Of a stretch of 64,000 nucleotides of DNA, positions 51,340 through 64,000 are shown one piece after another (within the stretch, counting starts at the first letter, position 1; each line of letters opens with the position of its first letter). Made by a program: the position numbers and the translations under genes. The stretch covers positions 9,426,001 through 9,490,000 of the forward strand of contig NC_045696.1 of NCBI RefSeq assembly GCF_009834535.1. The letters run 5' to 3'. The notes below the pieces were generated by a model. The model made no database searches and was not told the origin of the DNA. It saw only the letters and a program-made list of their open reading frames with translations. The DNA comes from Camelus ferus (lineage: Eukaryota).

Positions 51340-52366
51340 ATGACCATCTGTTTTTTCAAGGTAGGAAAATAGAAAGTATTTGATTTAAAATGTATTATTG
51401 ATGTATAACTTTTGGCCATTTAGGTTCATGGTTATGCAGGCCTGTGTTTGTTCATAAAGGCAGCCTGTTGCAAACCCCTGTGCTGTATTATTGAGCAGGT
51501 CTGGAGTTCTTCACTCAGAAGTTGGAGACCTGGGGTCTGGAAAGGACTTTCTGTGCCCAGAAGCCATCTGTGCTTGCCAAAACTATCCCCATTTCCACTG
51601 TGGCATTATCTAGAACATTCCAGAAAGGTCTCAGGTTAGATGAGAAGTCCAAAGCACCTGAATGAGTGCAGTAACCATCCCTGCCTTCCAGGAGACGGGT
51701 GCAGCTCCACTGAGACTATAAGCATGGAAAGGCCTTACACTGTCGTGTGCCATTGGGGTTACGGTGGTGTCCCTCATCCTGTGGACCTGATGGTCACTGT
51801 ACACAAAGTGGTGAACAAAAATCCAGACGTGAACCTGCCCTTACAGAGCAGCAGTCAAGTGCATATACATCATCATTGTTGAGGAGACACGGTGAAGCCC
51901 TTGACTCAAAAGTTATGTCTTTTCTCTGCAGCTAGAATTTATTAGATGTAAGTGGCAAAATTTTCCAAGAGCACAAAGAAGGAAGGCCATTGGATTCATC
52001 TAATAGCACCTTTTTAAAAATGGCAAAAAATGAAGGTATCAGCCAGGAAGAGGTCCTAGTGCTACGTGATGAGACCCCTTTTTGTGTAGGCAGTGTTTTC
52101 TAACCTGTAATTTGTGACACACACATACACACGCTCATCCAAGTGATCGCTGCAGTAGTGTCTTCCCCCAGTTAGGGCTGTCTGACTATGACACAGCTGT
52201 TCCCCAGCTGCTGGGCCCTCACCCTGCTGACCACCATGTAAATGGAGCAGCAGCCCAGATTCAGGGGCAGGGGTGGGCCAAGAGGCACTGCCAAGAGGCC
52301 GGTGGAGCAGGCAGCCCTATGTGGACCACACCAGACTCTGAGAGCCCGCTAGCTGTGCAGTGTTTT

Positions 52367-53098
52367 CAGTCAACGTTTCTCAAACTGTCCATAAGGGTGC
52401 CCTGCTTTGTTTCAATGTCCAACCTCTTGCCAACAAATAAATAAAATATAATAAAAACAAATTACTAGAAGAATGAAGTGGATCAGGAAGACATACAAAA
52501 CACAAGCCTTAACTTTTTATTATTAGATGCAAGGGATATGCAATTTTTCTGATAAATTGCTTTTTTGTTTTTACATTTTTTTATTGAGTTATAGTCATTT
52601 TACAATGTTGTGTCAAATTCCAGTGTGGAGCACAATTTTTCAGTTATACATGAACATACATATATTCATTGTCACATTTTTTTTCCACCGTGTGCTGCCA
52701 CAAGATCTTGTATATATTTCCCTGTGCTATACAGTATAATCTTGTTTATCTATTCTGCATATGCCTGTCAGTATCTACAAATTTTGAAATCCCAGCCTGT
52801 CCCTTCAATAAAGAAGATGTGGTATATTTATACAATGGAATACTACTCAGCCATAAAAATGACAACATAATGCCATTTGCAGCAACATGGGTGTTCCTGG
52901 AGAATGTCATTCTGAGTTAAGTAAGCCAGAAAGAGAAAGAAAAATACCATATGAGATAGCTTATATGTGGAATCTAAAATTTAAAAAAAAAGAACATAAA
53001 TCTGATAAATTGCTTTAAAAGATTCTAAACTCCCAGTTTCTTTTCTTACCTCACTGAAGACTGGCCACTGGCCACAGACCACACTTGAGTAGCACCGT
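52367..53098. mobile_element. Old hAT/Charlie-like relic interrupted by the inverted L1
   Basis: Ends resemble MER5-group termini (c..cgtttctcaaactg ... gaccacacttgagtagcac). Confidence 0.45.
52564..53000 (-). mobile_element. 5'-inverted (twin-primed) L1 insertion with perfect 16-bp TSD
   Basis: A minus-strand 3'UTR and tail (52564 to about 52806) is joined to a plus-strand ORF2 end (IKKMWYIYTMEYYSAIK, about 52807-53000). TSD tctgataaattgcttt at 52548-52563 and 53001-53016. Confidence 0.92.
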
Positions 53099-53296
53099 TC
53101 TAAATGGCAAGGAGAGGTCAAAGCTTGGACTTAAAATTAGAAATATGTGTATTTATAATTAGGAGGTTTTCATAAACTTTTCAGGAAAAAAAGAAGAAAA
53201 TCAATGAACATCATATTCAATTTGCATTACTTTAAATTTTATTTCCAGTGAACAGAGCACACATTTTACATAGTTGTGGTTCTTAACCTGGTTTTT

Positions 53297-53451
53297 GTGG
53301 GGGTTTTTTGGTTTAGATTTTATGTATTTGTTTTTGGGGGGGGGAGGTAATTAGGTATATTTATTTATTTTTTTGATGGAGGTACTGGGGATTGAACCCA
53401 GGACCTTGTGCATGCTAAGCATGCACTCTACCACTGAGCTATTCCCTCCCC
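53297..53451 (-). mobile_element. Camelid tRNA-derived SINE (vic-1-like) with TSD
   Basis: Reverse complement reads ggggagggaatagctcagtggtagagtgcatgcttagcatgcacaaggtcctgggttcaatccccagtacctcca, with intact A and B boxes. TSD tcttaac(c)tggttttt at 53281 and 53452. Confidence 0.93.
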
Positions 53452-54474
53452 TCTTAACTGGTTTTTTATTCTGCTTTTGTTCACTGGCCCTTTTCTCACA
53501 TGTACATCCCCCAGCTGCACTGCCTGGGTCCTGGCCCACCTCACCTCCCACCAGGTCGCTGTCTCTGCTGTTTGTGTTCCTCCAAGGCCTGATGTGGCCC
53601 CTACTTGCCTCTCTGACTTCGTTTCTTATTTATTTCCCATGCTACAACCCTTCCCCTGTACCCCATGTGCTCCACCGTGCTGAGTTCCAGACAGTTCTGG
53701 ACCATCCCTGGCTTTTCACGCCTCCCGCCCGCAGCCCTGATAAACCAGCACTCTGTCCCCAGCGCTCAGTGAACCGCAGCTGTTAGTTCCCACAGATAAC
53801 AAGCTCCCCACTTTGCTGCATTCTCTCAAGTATCGTTCTATCATAAACAGCACTGACTTAAACATCTTTACACAATTTGTCTTTTTTGAATATAGGAATT
53901 AATTCCCCCCAATGGAATCATAGAGTCCCAAGATTATGGACCTTATAAACATGGTTGTCTATTGCCAACTTGTGTTCCAGAAACGTTGAGCCACTTTTTG
54001 GTGTCAACACCCATAAATCCTGAATTTCAACTCAGAAATATGGTGCCAATATTGGCCCCAAGTTAGGTTTTACACTAGAGCGTACGGTAAGTCCTCAGGT
54101 TTGTAATTGCTAATGTCAAACTACTTGGCTTTTTGCCTTGGATAGTAGTTCTGCAAAGGCAAGGGCCTGTCTTCCAAAGTTCATTTACCTTGAAAACAAC
54201 GGACACCTAATCAATGCATGATGGCAGAGGTGAAGACAGTGAGCCTGATGGGGAGATGAGTAGGAGTTAAGATAAAAATTCTGTTGAAAGATGTCCCTCC
54301 TATGTATCTGGCAAAGGTGGTGCTGAAGAGTAAAAAAGAGAGTCAGGCATGCGCAGAAGGTTGACACGGATGCACCGTCAACAGCATCTTTGATTATCTG
54401 GGGTAAGGGTGTCTATCCAACATGTGCGCTTGTCGTAATAGTGCCGGCACTGTGAGCACTTTGCGGGTCTCCCA

Positions 54475-54640
54475 CTAAGTCCTCACAACAACTGTTTGGG
54501 CTAGTACTGGGGTGTTCTTGTCCCTTTATGGATGAGAAACTGAAGCACAGAGAGATGAAATAACCTGCCCAAGGTGGCAAGTCCACAAGGCACATAGTGG
54601 AGCTGGGGTTCACTCCTGGGTGGCCCAGAGCCCCAACACC
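54475..54640 (-). mobile_element. MIR
   Basis: tcctcacaacaac...gatgagaaactgaagcacagagagatgaaataacctgcccaagg...agtggagctggggttc. Confidence 0.7.
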
Positions 54641-54779
54641 ACCCTGTGACAACGCTGTGTTGAACTTCTGCATTGGCCTGACTTGTAGTTCTTTGTGTGT
54701 GTGTGTGTGTGTGTGGTTATTATTGTTATTATTGTTGTTATTATAGAAAAGTCACAAGTTTAATACCAGTAACATTTGA

Positions 54780-55168
54780 AACCATTTGCCAGCGATGCCC
54801 ACCATGCTTGAACAGAGTAGGATATCCCTGAAAACAAGGCTATCCAGAAGGATGATCACCATAAAGCTATCGGGATCAGGGCATAACACGGACACCTTAC
54901 AGCCATGCAATCCCGAGCCTCCATTCAGAGTTCCCCAGTTGTCCCCGTGGTGTCCTTTGGAGTCAAGGATCCCACTGGGGCTCACTTGAGGCAAGTGGTT
55001 TGTCTTATCTCTTGAGTCTCCTTAAGTCTAGGACAGCTCCTTTGTCTTTCCTGGACTCATGACCTGGACACTATTGGAGGGTACTAGGCCTGTCATGTCA
55101 CAGAATGGCCATCATGTCACACAATGGCCATTTGTCTGATGTTTCCCTAGGATTAGATTCAGGACTTG
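54780..55168 (-). mobile_element. Ancient L1 (L1MC/ME-like) 3'UTR fragment
   Basis: ttccccagttgtcccc...ggatcc...tctcttgagtctcctt...catgacctggacac...tttgtctgatgtttccc..gattagattcagg. Confidence 0.55.
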
Positions 55169-55171
55169 TAT

Positions 55172-56060
55172 CTTTTTTTTTTTTAATTGAAGTGTAGTCG
55201 ATTTACAATGTTGTGTTAATTTCTGGTGGACAGCACAGTGATCAGTTATACATATATACATATATATAGATTCCTATTCATATTCTTTTTCATTATAAGT
55301 TACTACAAGATATTGAATATAGTTCCCTGTGCTATAGAGTAGGTCCTTGTTGTTCATCTATTTTATATATAGTAGTGTGTATCTGCAAATCCAAAACTCC
55401 CAACTTATTCCTCCCTACCTTCTCACCCACTGGTAACTAAGTTTTCTATATCTGTGAGTCTTTCTGTTTTGTAAATAAGTTCATGTGTGTCCTTTTTAAA
55501 AAATTCTACATATGAGTGATATCATATGATGTTTTCTTTCTCTTTCTGGCTTACTTCACTTAGAATGACAGTCTCCAGGTCCATCAGTGTTGCTGCAAAT
55601 GGCATTGTTTTATTCTTTTTTATAGCTGTGTAGTATTCCATTGTGTATGTATACCACAACTTCTTTATCCAGTCATCTGTCAATGGACATTTAGGTTGTT
55701 TCCATGTCTTGGCTACTGTAAATAGTGCTGCTATGAACATTGGGGTGCATGTATCTTTTCAAATTAGAGTTCTTTCTGGATATATGCCCAGAAGTGGAAT
55801 TGCTAGATCATAGGGTAAGTCTCTTTAGTTTTCTAAGGAATCTCCATACTGTTTTCCATAGTGGCTGCAACAAACTGCATTCCCACCAACATTGTAGGAG
55901 GGTTCCCTTTCTGCACGCCTTCTCCAGCATTTTTCACTTGTGGACTTTTTCATGACAGCCATTCTGACTGGTGTGAGGTGATACGTCATTGTAGTTTTGA
56001 TTTACATTTCTTTGATAATTAGCAATATTGAGCATTTTTTTAATCTACCTATTGGCTATT
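55172..56060 (-). mobile_element. L1 3' fragment of about 0.9 kb (ORF2 C-terminus plus 3'UTR)
   Basis: Minus ORF 55522-55740 [43 protein letters not shown] is the L1 ORF2 C-terminus. Poly-T tail on the left. Confidence 0.93.
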
Positions 56061-59000
56061 TATCTTTATACCTTTTTATAAAGCACAGCTCAGCAGTGTT
56101 AAGTATATTGACAGTGTGCAGAGATGCTGTTGTCCTAGCACTTCAGGTACTAAGAATGTCTTGGGAGGATGCGGGCTTAGCTGGCACCACATTCCTCCCT
56201 CCTGCCCTCCCATGGTGTAATTCCTCTGCCCTTTGCAGTGCCTCCCCTGGGCATTGTCACCTGTACTTCTTCCTGTGCCACGTGTGCCAGGTGCCTGCCT
56301 CCCCTAGAAAATCTGCTTTCCTGGGAATGCCTAGTATATAGTATGTATTCAGTCAGCAGTGGCCAAATATTCAGAACATCCAGGGGGTAATTATGGAATA
56401 TAGAGAAATTTGATTTTTCAGGAGCATGAGAATGTTTCCAAACTGATGTCACCGCAGATTAAATCAGTGCTCCAGGAAGTCTTTATTGATTTACAGCCAA
56501 AATGTGACCTTCAGAGATTACCCCTGAGGGAACCAGAGCCAGATGATTATTTGATGTGCCTTCATAATGGAATTCACAGAGCATGCAGTCAGATTTTCTT
56601 GAAGCGCTCGTTCTGCCTGACATCACAGAAAATCTGAGGCCGACCTGGGAGTGCCCCACTTCGGTTAATGCAGTCACATTTAAGAAAATGTAATTGAGTG
56701 TAGCACTAGTGCACAGAGTGATAAACGATGTGAAATTTTCTGGGTAAGTCCCTGAGTTGGAAAAGATAGGATCTTGAGCCTTTTGAGGGCCAAATCCTGA
56801 ATCCTATGTGCCTGTGGAAAATTGAGTCGGGCAGGAGCCAACCCTGCATCAGCTATTTTGAACAGTAGGACTGTTCTGGTCCCCTGAGCTGAGGCCAGTA
56901 TCAATAGAATATTTCTGAGTTAAAATTCAGGTTTGATTGGTGTTGACACTGTGTATGAATTCATGTTTAGCTTTTTTTTTTTTCCTAAACAGATTACTCA
57001 GGTAACTAACTTTTATGTAATATAATCCAGAAAGAGGTAAACATTTTCCAGAAAGAACTGTTTCTAACAATTCTGCTTTCAGATATTCAAACCAGCTAAG
57101 TAGAAGTAGCAACAATATTTTTAACTCTTGGGGGAAAATAAAACTCTTCAAATTATTTTTGTTTACGTACAGAGCATCAGAATGGTATTTAAAGTTAAAT
57201 AGGGTAAGCAGGCAGAGAACTATTTTCGGTAGCAAAAATAGTCCAACCAGGGCTTATAAATATATTTGGGGGATTTTTTTTTCTACTAAAAATAAAAGTT
57301 TTAAAGTAATCACATACCAAAAAGAGTTTTGTGGTGCTGGAGAAAATGGCCTAGATTGGGAACGTTTACTATGTATTTATGCTCATTGTGATTTCAGCCC
57401 AGCATTAGTTTTTAAATATATTGAGAGAGGCTTTGCTGGACATTTCTCTTTTTTGTTTCTTTATTTCTCCATTAATTCTTCACTTAGCTTCCCCCAGGCT
57501 CTCATTATGCTCCCTAGACAGACGTATCATTCTTCTGAGGTCTTTGTGAAACCATGTCAGTATTTGTGATTTTTGACACGCTGTTTTTTGTTGTCGCTTC
57601 AACCAAATTTTCTTCTGGTACATTTCAGATTGTTACATTAAGTATTAAAATTATTAAATAATTGCATAAATGGTTTCCATCCTAAAGCCTTATTTTCATT
57701 ATTTAAAACTATGTACCCACCCTCCTTCCGTGCAGATGTTTTCCATCAAAGGGATGCCCCATAAAAACCAGAAACCTTGAGAGGAGTGTCAGGATGAGCC
57801 TTCCTTGTCTGCTTCTGTTCCTTTTCATCAGTTTCTCTTCTTCTCTATTTCCCGTCCCTTCTAAGAGTAAGAGATGGAGAAATGGGAAAGGAAGAGCCTG
57901 CTTTTCAAGTTCTTACAGAAGTCTGGGTTGGTGTCCTTATATGGAGCAATTCACAGAGGAGTGTTCAAACGAACCTTCTTGCAGAAACTTCCAGCGCCTT
58001 CCAGCGTGGGGGCTTCCTTAGTGGCCCCTTCATGGGTGGTTTGCACTTGTGCCAGACTATGCCCTTGATCAGACCCACCTTCAAACCAAAGCAGTCTAGT
58101 TAGAGTCATAAATCGTACATCCCTGTTAACAGTTTAGGCAGATTCAGGGTTTATATTCAAGTACTCAAAAATGCCCAGAACCTGACTTCTTGGATTAAAA
58201 ATTGGGGGGAAAATTTTTTTGATGGTCTTAACCCTATCTCAGTTCAGAGCCTGAAGCGTGAATGAGCTCACTGATCAAAGTTCCCTTTAAGTCATATTTA
58301 CTGACTCACCACAGAAATCTGCAGGCATGTGTGTATACCTCACCTGTGCCTTTTTTGGTACTATCTTAAGGATTTACAAGAAGGCGTATTTGGGTACAGC
58401 CATCCTGGGTAACAAACAGTCAGAGGGCATGAACGTGCATGTTGGTGGTGCCAGTATGAGCTACATGACCTTGGGCTAGCGATCTGAGCTCACCGAGCCT
58501 CATTTCTGCAAAGGTAAGAATGAGAATGCCTTCCCTGAGTCCTCCCAAGGGCTTGGGAGAAACTGAAATGAGTTACTACATGTGAAAAGACAAAAACTGC
58601 AAAGTGGAGGTTGAATATAACTTAGAATTATTATCAGTCAGAGCCTGCATAAGCAACTGGCAAATGTGAGCTACATTCTCAAAAGATCCTCAAGACCTTC
58701 TCTGGGTCCCAGTTCCGGGTATTTGGACTGACTTAATCCGCAGGAACAAGGGGCTGTTTGAAAGCGTGGCATCTGCAGCATTAGGCTGATTAGACCATGA
58801 CCAGCAGGATGCTTGTGCGTCTTACAAACAAGTTCTTTATCTTCTGTCTTGCCTATAAAAGTTATAGAAACACCTGCATAATAGGATTCATCATGGAGCT
58901 TATTAACTTGAACTTGTCTGAACCCATCACTCAAGAGCATACGAGCCACTATCCAGAACAAACAGGGTTAGATAAGAGTCCTTATAGAAAGAATCCTGTG

Positions 59001-61557
59001 CTGTGAATCACAGATTGTGTCCAGCTTCCTGACACTGCTTAATTTTTCAGGCAAGTTTTCCTTCTCCCCCTTCCCCCCACTAATCCTGACCTTGTACGAA
59101 TTTTCGAACGATGCCTGGAATAAATAGGCTACATTTATCCACCTTTGCATTCTCACAATTTCCAGCGACTCTAATCGGAGTTTCATGCAGCTAGGATGAC
59201 AGTAATTTATGATCTTTTTAAAAAATTACTGCAATTACTGGGAAGCCTATTTTTAGTATTCAGGTGAAATGTGTTTATAGTGCTCCATTAGCATAGATAT
59301 TAATATCTCTCCTCTGCTTTCCTGCAGTTTGTTCCATTGAATAAGCTGAATTCTGTTATATGTGATTATGATCTTTCCTGCCCCTGCTATCATCCTTTTG
59401 GAGCTCCCTCATCACTGATTTTGCAACAGATGAGACAGATCCGGGGAGGTGAAACATTCTGCCCAGTGCAGCACAACTTGTTTTTGCCAAAGCCAAGGCT
59501 AGAGACCAAAACTGACTCCTAGACCAGTGTCCTAAGATGCCATGGCTCCTCGGGAAACCAGATTAAAGCCTCTGCTATTCAAAATCCTTAAATTGTCAGA
59601 TTTTCTATAGAAAAGGGTATATAACATTCTGATTGTTAGAAGTTAAAGGCTGAACCATTTTGAGCTGTCAGTGTCTAAAATGGACAGTGCAGCCCTGTCT
59701 TAATCTTAAATAGAGATGCAAGGGTTTTTCTTGATATTATCTTCTCTGGATAGTTCTTGATAAAGCCATTCCTCTATCAGCCCTGCTCATCAATCCATCT
59801 GTGCCACAGGCACTGTGTTTTGCTGGAGATGAAGGTGGTGCGGTGCATAAGGTGAAAAGAAGGGCCTGAGCCCGAGGCCAGCTTTCTTACAGAAGGTCGC
59901 TGGTTTTGCAGACCTTGTTGGCGCAAGACATCAGCGTGGGTTAACATCTTCCACAGAGCGGCCAAATGTCTCATGAATAATCAGCAGCCTTAAGAGAATC
60001 CAGCTTTTTCCATCAGCAGTACATGGGACCACAGGCACCTCCTTGACAGCTCAAACTTGTCAGCATCGTTTGCCACGGGGTATGATGGATCATTCTTCGC
60101 TATTTTAAGAATTTGTGTTAGGCTAGGTACAGTTTCATTGTCGCTTTGCTCCAGATTTTGATGCCACGTCAAACCTCCAAGAGAATTAGGCACGACATAT
60201 AGCCTCAGTTCCTCATCTGTGAAAAAGAAATAGCGCCTCTCCCACAGAGAAGTTCGAGGGTGAAAAGAGAGAACAGATGCCAGGTACCTGCCTCCAAACC
60301 CAGTAGTGAGTAAGCTGTCGATTTGTGGAAGCTGTCGTTTCCCATCCATCTCATCACCACCGGTGTCACTGTTGACTGCCAAGTCTATTGACGTCTTCTT
60401 CTGTGAAAGGATATCGTCTTTCCATCCTTTAAGTGTGTTAAATGTGACAGTTTTTTTTAACGTTTATTATTTTTTCGAAGTTATCTGGAAATTTAAAATC
60501 CCATCCCCTGCTATGTGCTAATATGCATCTTAATATGTCTTTCAGTTCAGCATCTTCCCCAGGCTTGGAACAAAAGATACTGTCAATGATGGTGAAAGCT
60601 GTATGCGGGGCTTTCCAAGTGCTGGGTTGGGTTTTATTTCCTGCTTTCCTCTTTGGTCACTCCCTGACTTGAGGAATCACATGATCTGCATCAATCTTTT
60701 CATCAATGAAATAAAAATATATCAGTTGCCACCTCCACAGCTCATGGGATCATTGTGGGAGTTATGAGTTAGTGCTTCTGAAATGGGTGGCTGGAATGAG
60801 CCAGGTGAGCATGAGGAATCCACATGGCGTTTCCGGTTGAACGGACATTACCCTTATCCATGGCTTCTGTGTGGGCTTCACAGCTTTCAAGTACCGTAAT
60901 GTACCCAATGTTCCCTCAACCGTTCGGTAAGAACACCCACCTCAGCATGGCCTCTAGACCTTTCAGGTCACTTGACTGATCTGGCCCAGGTCTATTACAC
61001 AGTAAGAAACAAAAACTTCCACACTACTGGGTCCTCATCTGATAAGTAGGCTGAGGTGTTCCTTTGCACATATTTTCCAGCATTTTGAAAATTGTTCTAA
61101 ATAGTTTCCCTACTGACTCAATGGCAGTAATTGCAAAAAATGAACCATGTCCAAGAGAGTTCTGTCGTATACTTTATGTCAGAGTATGAAATTTTGTCTT
61201 GAAAAATGGTTAAAAATTAAATGATGTATTTTCAGCTTGTGTGAATTACGAAAATTATTTATACTGTGTCTGTTTAGAATTAGTACCAGGAATGCTGAAC
61301 TTATTTTAAATCCTTTATCAATTCTTTGCTACTTTTTTTTTTTTTGCCTTTTAACTTCTTAAAAATAACTTTTTATTTATGGAGGTTCTCAGACACTTAC
61401 AGTCTAATGAACCCTGTGTACTCAACTCACCACCCAGATTCATCAGCGATCAACACATGAATCCCTCTTCCCATCCTTACACCACAAGGTAGTTTTAAAC
61501 ATACCCGTGGGCTTCATATTTCAATGATGTGCATCTCTGAGGGATAAGGACCCTTTT

Positions 61558-61578
61558 ATAAATAAATAAATAAATAGA

Positions 61579-61629
<51 letters not shown>

Positions 61630-61631
61630 AT
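61558..61631 (+). repeat. (AAAT)n microsatellite
   Basis: Read directly; one variant unit (taga). Confidence 0.95.
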
Positions 61632-63633
61632 GTACTTTCTTAATATCAAGTATTGATTCTGTGTTCAAATTTCCCCAGTTGCCTCACAAATCTCACATTT
61701 TTATATTGAAACACATACTTTTCAGGGTACTACCCAGAAAAATAAAAATACTTCTCAGTCTCAAAGCTAGAAGATGAGTAAGAGAAATAATTAGTAAGGG
61801 GAAGGCTTGTTGACTCTCTTCCCATCAGCTCCAATTGAAGATTTGAATTGTGCATTGCGTCTGAGTTTTTGGTGTTGGTGGTGGTGGTGGTGGTGGTGGG
61901 TTTTTTTTAGAGAGCACAGGTAATTTTAAATTTAAAGATAAATACTTTCCTTAAAACACAGGCAAATCAAGGCAATTCAAAGTACTCTGTGTTTCTTTTG
62001 GTAATAGTGTAAAAAAATCGGTGATTACATATTGAAGTGTCCTTTTAAGCAAAGCATAATGGTGACATTTTACAGAACAGAAACGTCTAAACTGCTTCTA
62101 ATTCCCTCTCAAGATACGTCATCTTGTTCTGAGATCTCTTTTTGGTCTCAAAATATTTTTGCTTTACAGCTTCTTTGTTTCATTAAAAGAAGATCTGATT
62201 CTGAATTGAATTCACTAACTTTTGATCGTGAGCCCAGTTCTGTGCTATGGACTTATCTACTGGAATATATGATGTCCTTTTGAAACCCGGAAACATGGGT
62301 CTGTCTCACGAATTTATGACCAAAAGTTTATTTGGGAGTTAGAGTTAAGATTTTAAAATTGTACCTAGGTTTATGGATTTTATATATCATTCCACTTTTT
62401 ATGTGGAATAACCTTCATCAGAATCATTTCAGGAAATGAGAAAAGTAGGATATGGTTATGAGTCAGCCATGGAAAACTACAGCATGGAATGAATTAGTCA
62501 GAAGAAGGGTTTCAGTGGCCAACATGAGCTGTGTGCTATCAGGAAGTGGTGTGACTTTCCATGATTTTATGTACTGTAAATCATGTGGCAAAATGCTCCA
62601 GACACCTGGAGTCTTTTTTTTTTTTTCCAATCTTAAGTTTTGAGATAAAATTGAAAAGTACTATGGCGTGAAAGCACCACAGCCCTCTCAGTAGTTGGCC
62701 ATCCCTCCTATCAGCTCAAATGGGTTTCCACCCCACTCCCACTCTGTGGGGGATACAGACATTGACCCAAAAGCCCATCAGTGCTGCTAGGTCAAGTCAG
62801 AAAAGCAGTTGGCCTTGACAGAGTCGCTGCTACAAAGGACTCTGTCCTTTTCTTTTGTTTCTAATACATTTTTTGTGCCCCTGGTGTTGCTGCTTATATA
62901 GCAGTGCCATTTATGGTCTGCAAGAGAGTTGCCGCTCCCTGTGCCATGCCGTGTTTTAGAAAGGTGCTCTGAAATTTCAGAGGAGGCAGCTCATGCTGCC
63001 TTCTGTCAACCCCTTAAAGAGAAAGAAAAACTCGTAGAAGTGAAGTGGATTAAATTTTGGATCATGTAAGTTTCATAAAACTACATCTCTAGAGGCAAAT
63101 GTTGAAAATATAATCAACCCCTAAAACTAAGCATGGAGGAAAATAAGTTTGTTGTTTTATTGACCATGTAAGTCAGTTAAGATCAGTAAGTAAGCGAGTC
63201 ATCTCTTCCCTGTTATGCTTGATAGGGACATAGAGCATTCAATAATTACAGCTGGAGAGGTGTATATTTAGAGAGAGAGTGATAGATATCTGTATATACA
63301 CATGCAATGTATATGTTGTTTACTGGCGTATCTAATGGAATAATTCTGTGAGTGCTCAACTTCTCATCAGCCATCGATGAAAGTCCAGTTGACTCTGATG
63401 CCCATGGCAACCTGGATAAACATCCCTCTGGAAGAATCCTGTACACCAGGTTCGCCTTGTTTGCCATGTGTGGCCATCTGGCAAGATTCCCCTGGAGAAG
63501 TATCCGTCCACAAGTGAACCCAGGATGGTTTAATGTTCTTGTCACGCGGTACCACTTAGCGATCAGATGGTGATAATCAGCACGATCTTCCTCCCCTTCC
63601 GCCCTCGACCAGCGCTTCCCTAACCTTACTGCG

Positions 63634-63990
63634 TCCCACAGATGAACGCTTGTGTCCCCTGAAATTCATACTTTGCAATGCTAACTCCCATGTGGTGGCA
63701 TTAGGAAGTGGGACCTTTGGGGTGATTAGGTCAAAGGGCAGAGCCCTCTTGCATGGGATTAGTGCCTTTATCAAAGAGACCCCCAAGACTCCCCGCCCCT
63801 CCTGCCATGTGAGGACACAGTGAAAGATAGCCCTCTATGAACCTAGAAACAGGCCCTCACCAGACACAGGACCTGCCAGCACCTTGATCGTGGACTTCCC
63901 AGCCTCCAGAGCTGTCAGAAAGAAACGTCTGCTGTTTATATGCTGTCCAGTCTACAGTGTTCTGTGTTAGCACCTGAACAGACTTAGACA
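63634..63990 (+). mobile_element. MaLR LTR (MLT1A/B-like)
   Basis: tgtgtcccc..aaattcata...gggattagtgccttta...gccatgtgaggacacag...ggccctcaccagacac...ggacttcccagcctccaga...gacttagaca. Confidence 0.87.
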
Positions 63991-64000
63991 GCACGCATGA

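Larger units (their letters stand above)
8973..64000 (+). other. RCAN1: RCAN1 intron 1 (continues past window end)
   Basis: Starts GTGAGG after exon 1. Repeat-rich. No RCAN1 exon-4 (MHFRNF...) or shared exon (AKFESLF...) sequence recognised. Mammalian RCAN1 has a long first intron. Confidence 0.85.

Noticed and set aside
53370..53451. tRNA gene-like sequence with A and B boxes
   Set aside because: It is the head of a tRNA-derived SINE: four related copies with AT-rich tails, two with clear TSDs.
55522..55740. Reverse-transcriptase-related ORF as an active element
   Set aside because: Only the L1 ORF2 C-terminus of a 5'-truncated copy; no promoter, ORF1 or RT domain.
63397..63411. RFX X-box-like GATGCCCATGGCAAC
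   Set aside because: Only one good half-site and far from any known promoter; too weak without conservation data.

Overview
Mammalian genomic DNA, most likely camelid: it carries tRNA-derived vic-1-type SINEs and cetartiodactyl-type L1/LTR repeats, and I saw no Alu, B1 or Bov-tA. The window holds the 5' end of RCAN1 (DSCR1, regulator of calcineurin 1) on the + strand. There is a CpG-island promoter at about 8.4-9.3 kb and coding exon 1 at 8730-8972 (81 codons, two in-frame ATGs, GT donor at 8973). About 55 kb of intron 1 follows, with no downstream RCAN1 coding exon recognised. The intron contains a processed RPL21 pseudogene with TSDs, two solo ERV1 LTRs with exact 4-bp TSDs, several MaLR LTRs, L1 fragments (one 5'-inverted, twin-primed), a Tigger1-derived MITE, MER3/MER5, MIR/L2 relics and microsatellites. 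Nearly all other ORFs in the track are spurious. I found no convincing new multi-gene system. The best leads are regulatory: a candidate alternative promoter/first exon at about 9.47-9.72 kb, an L1-derived perfect ARE upstream of exon 1, and several intronic motif clusters. Repeat subfamily names are recalled from consensus sequences and need Dfam/RepeatMasker confirmation.
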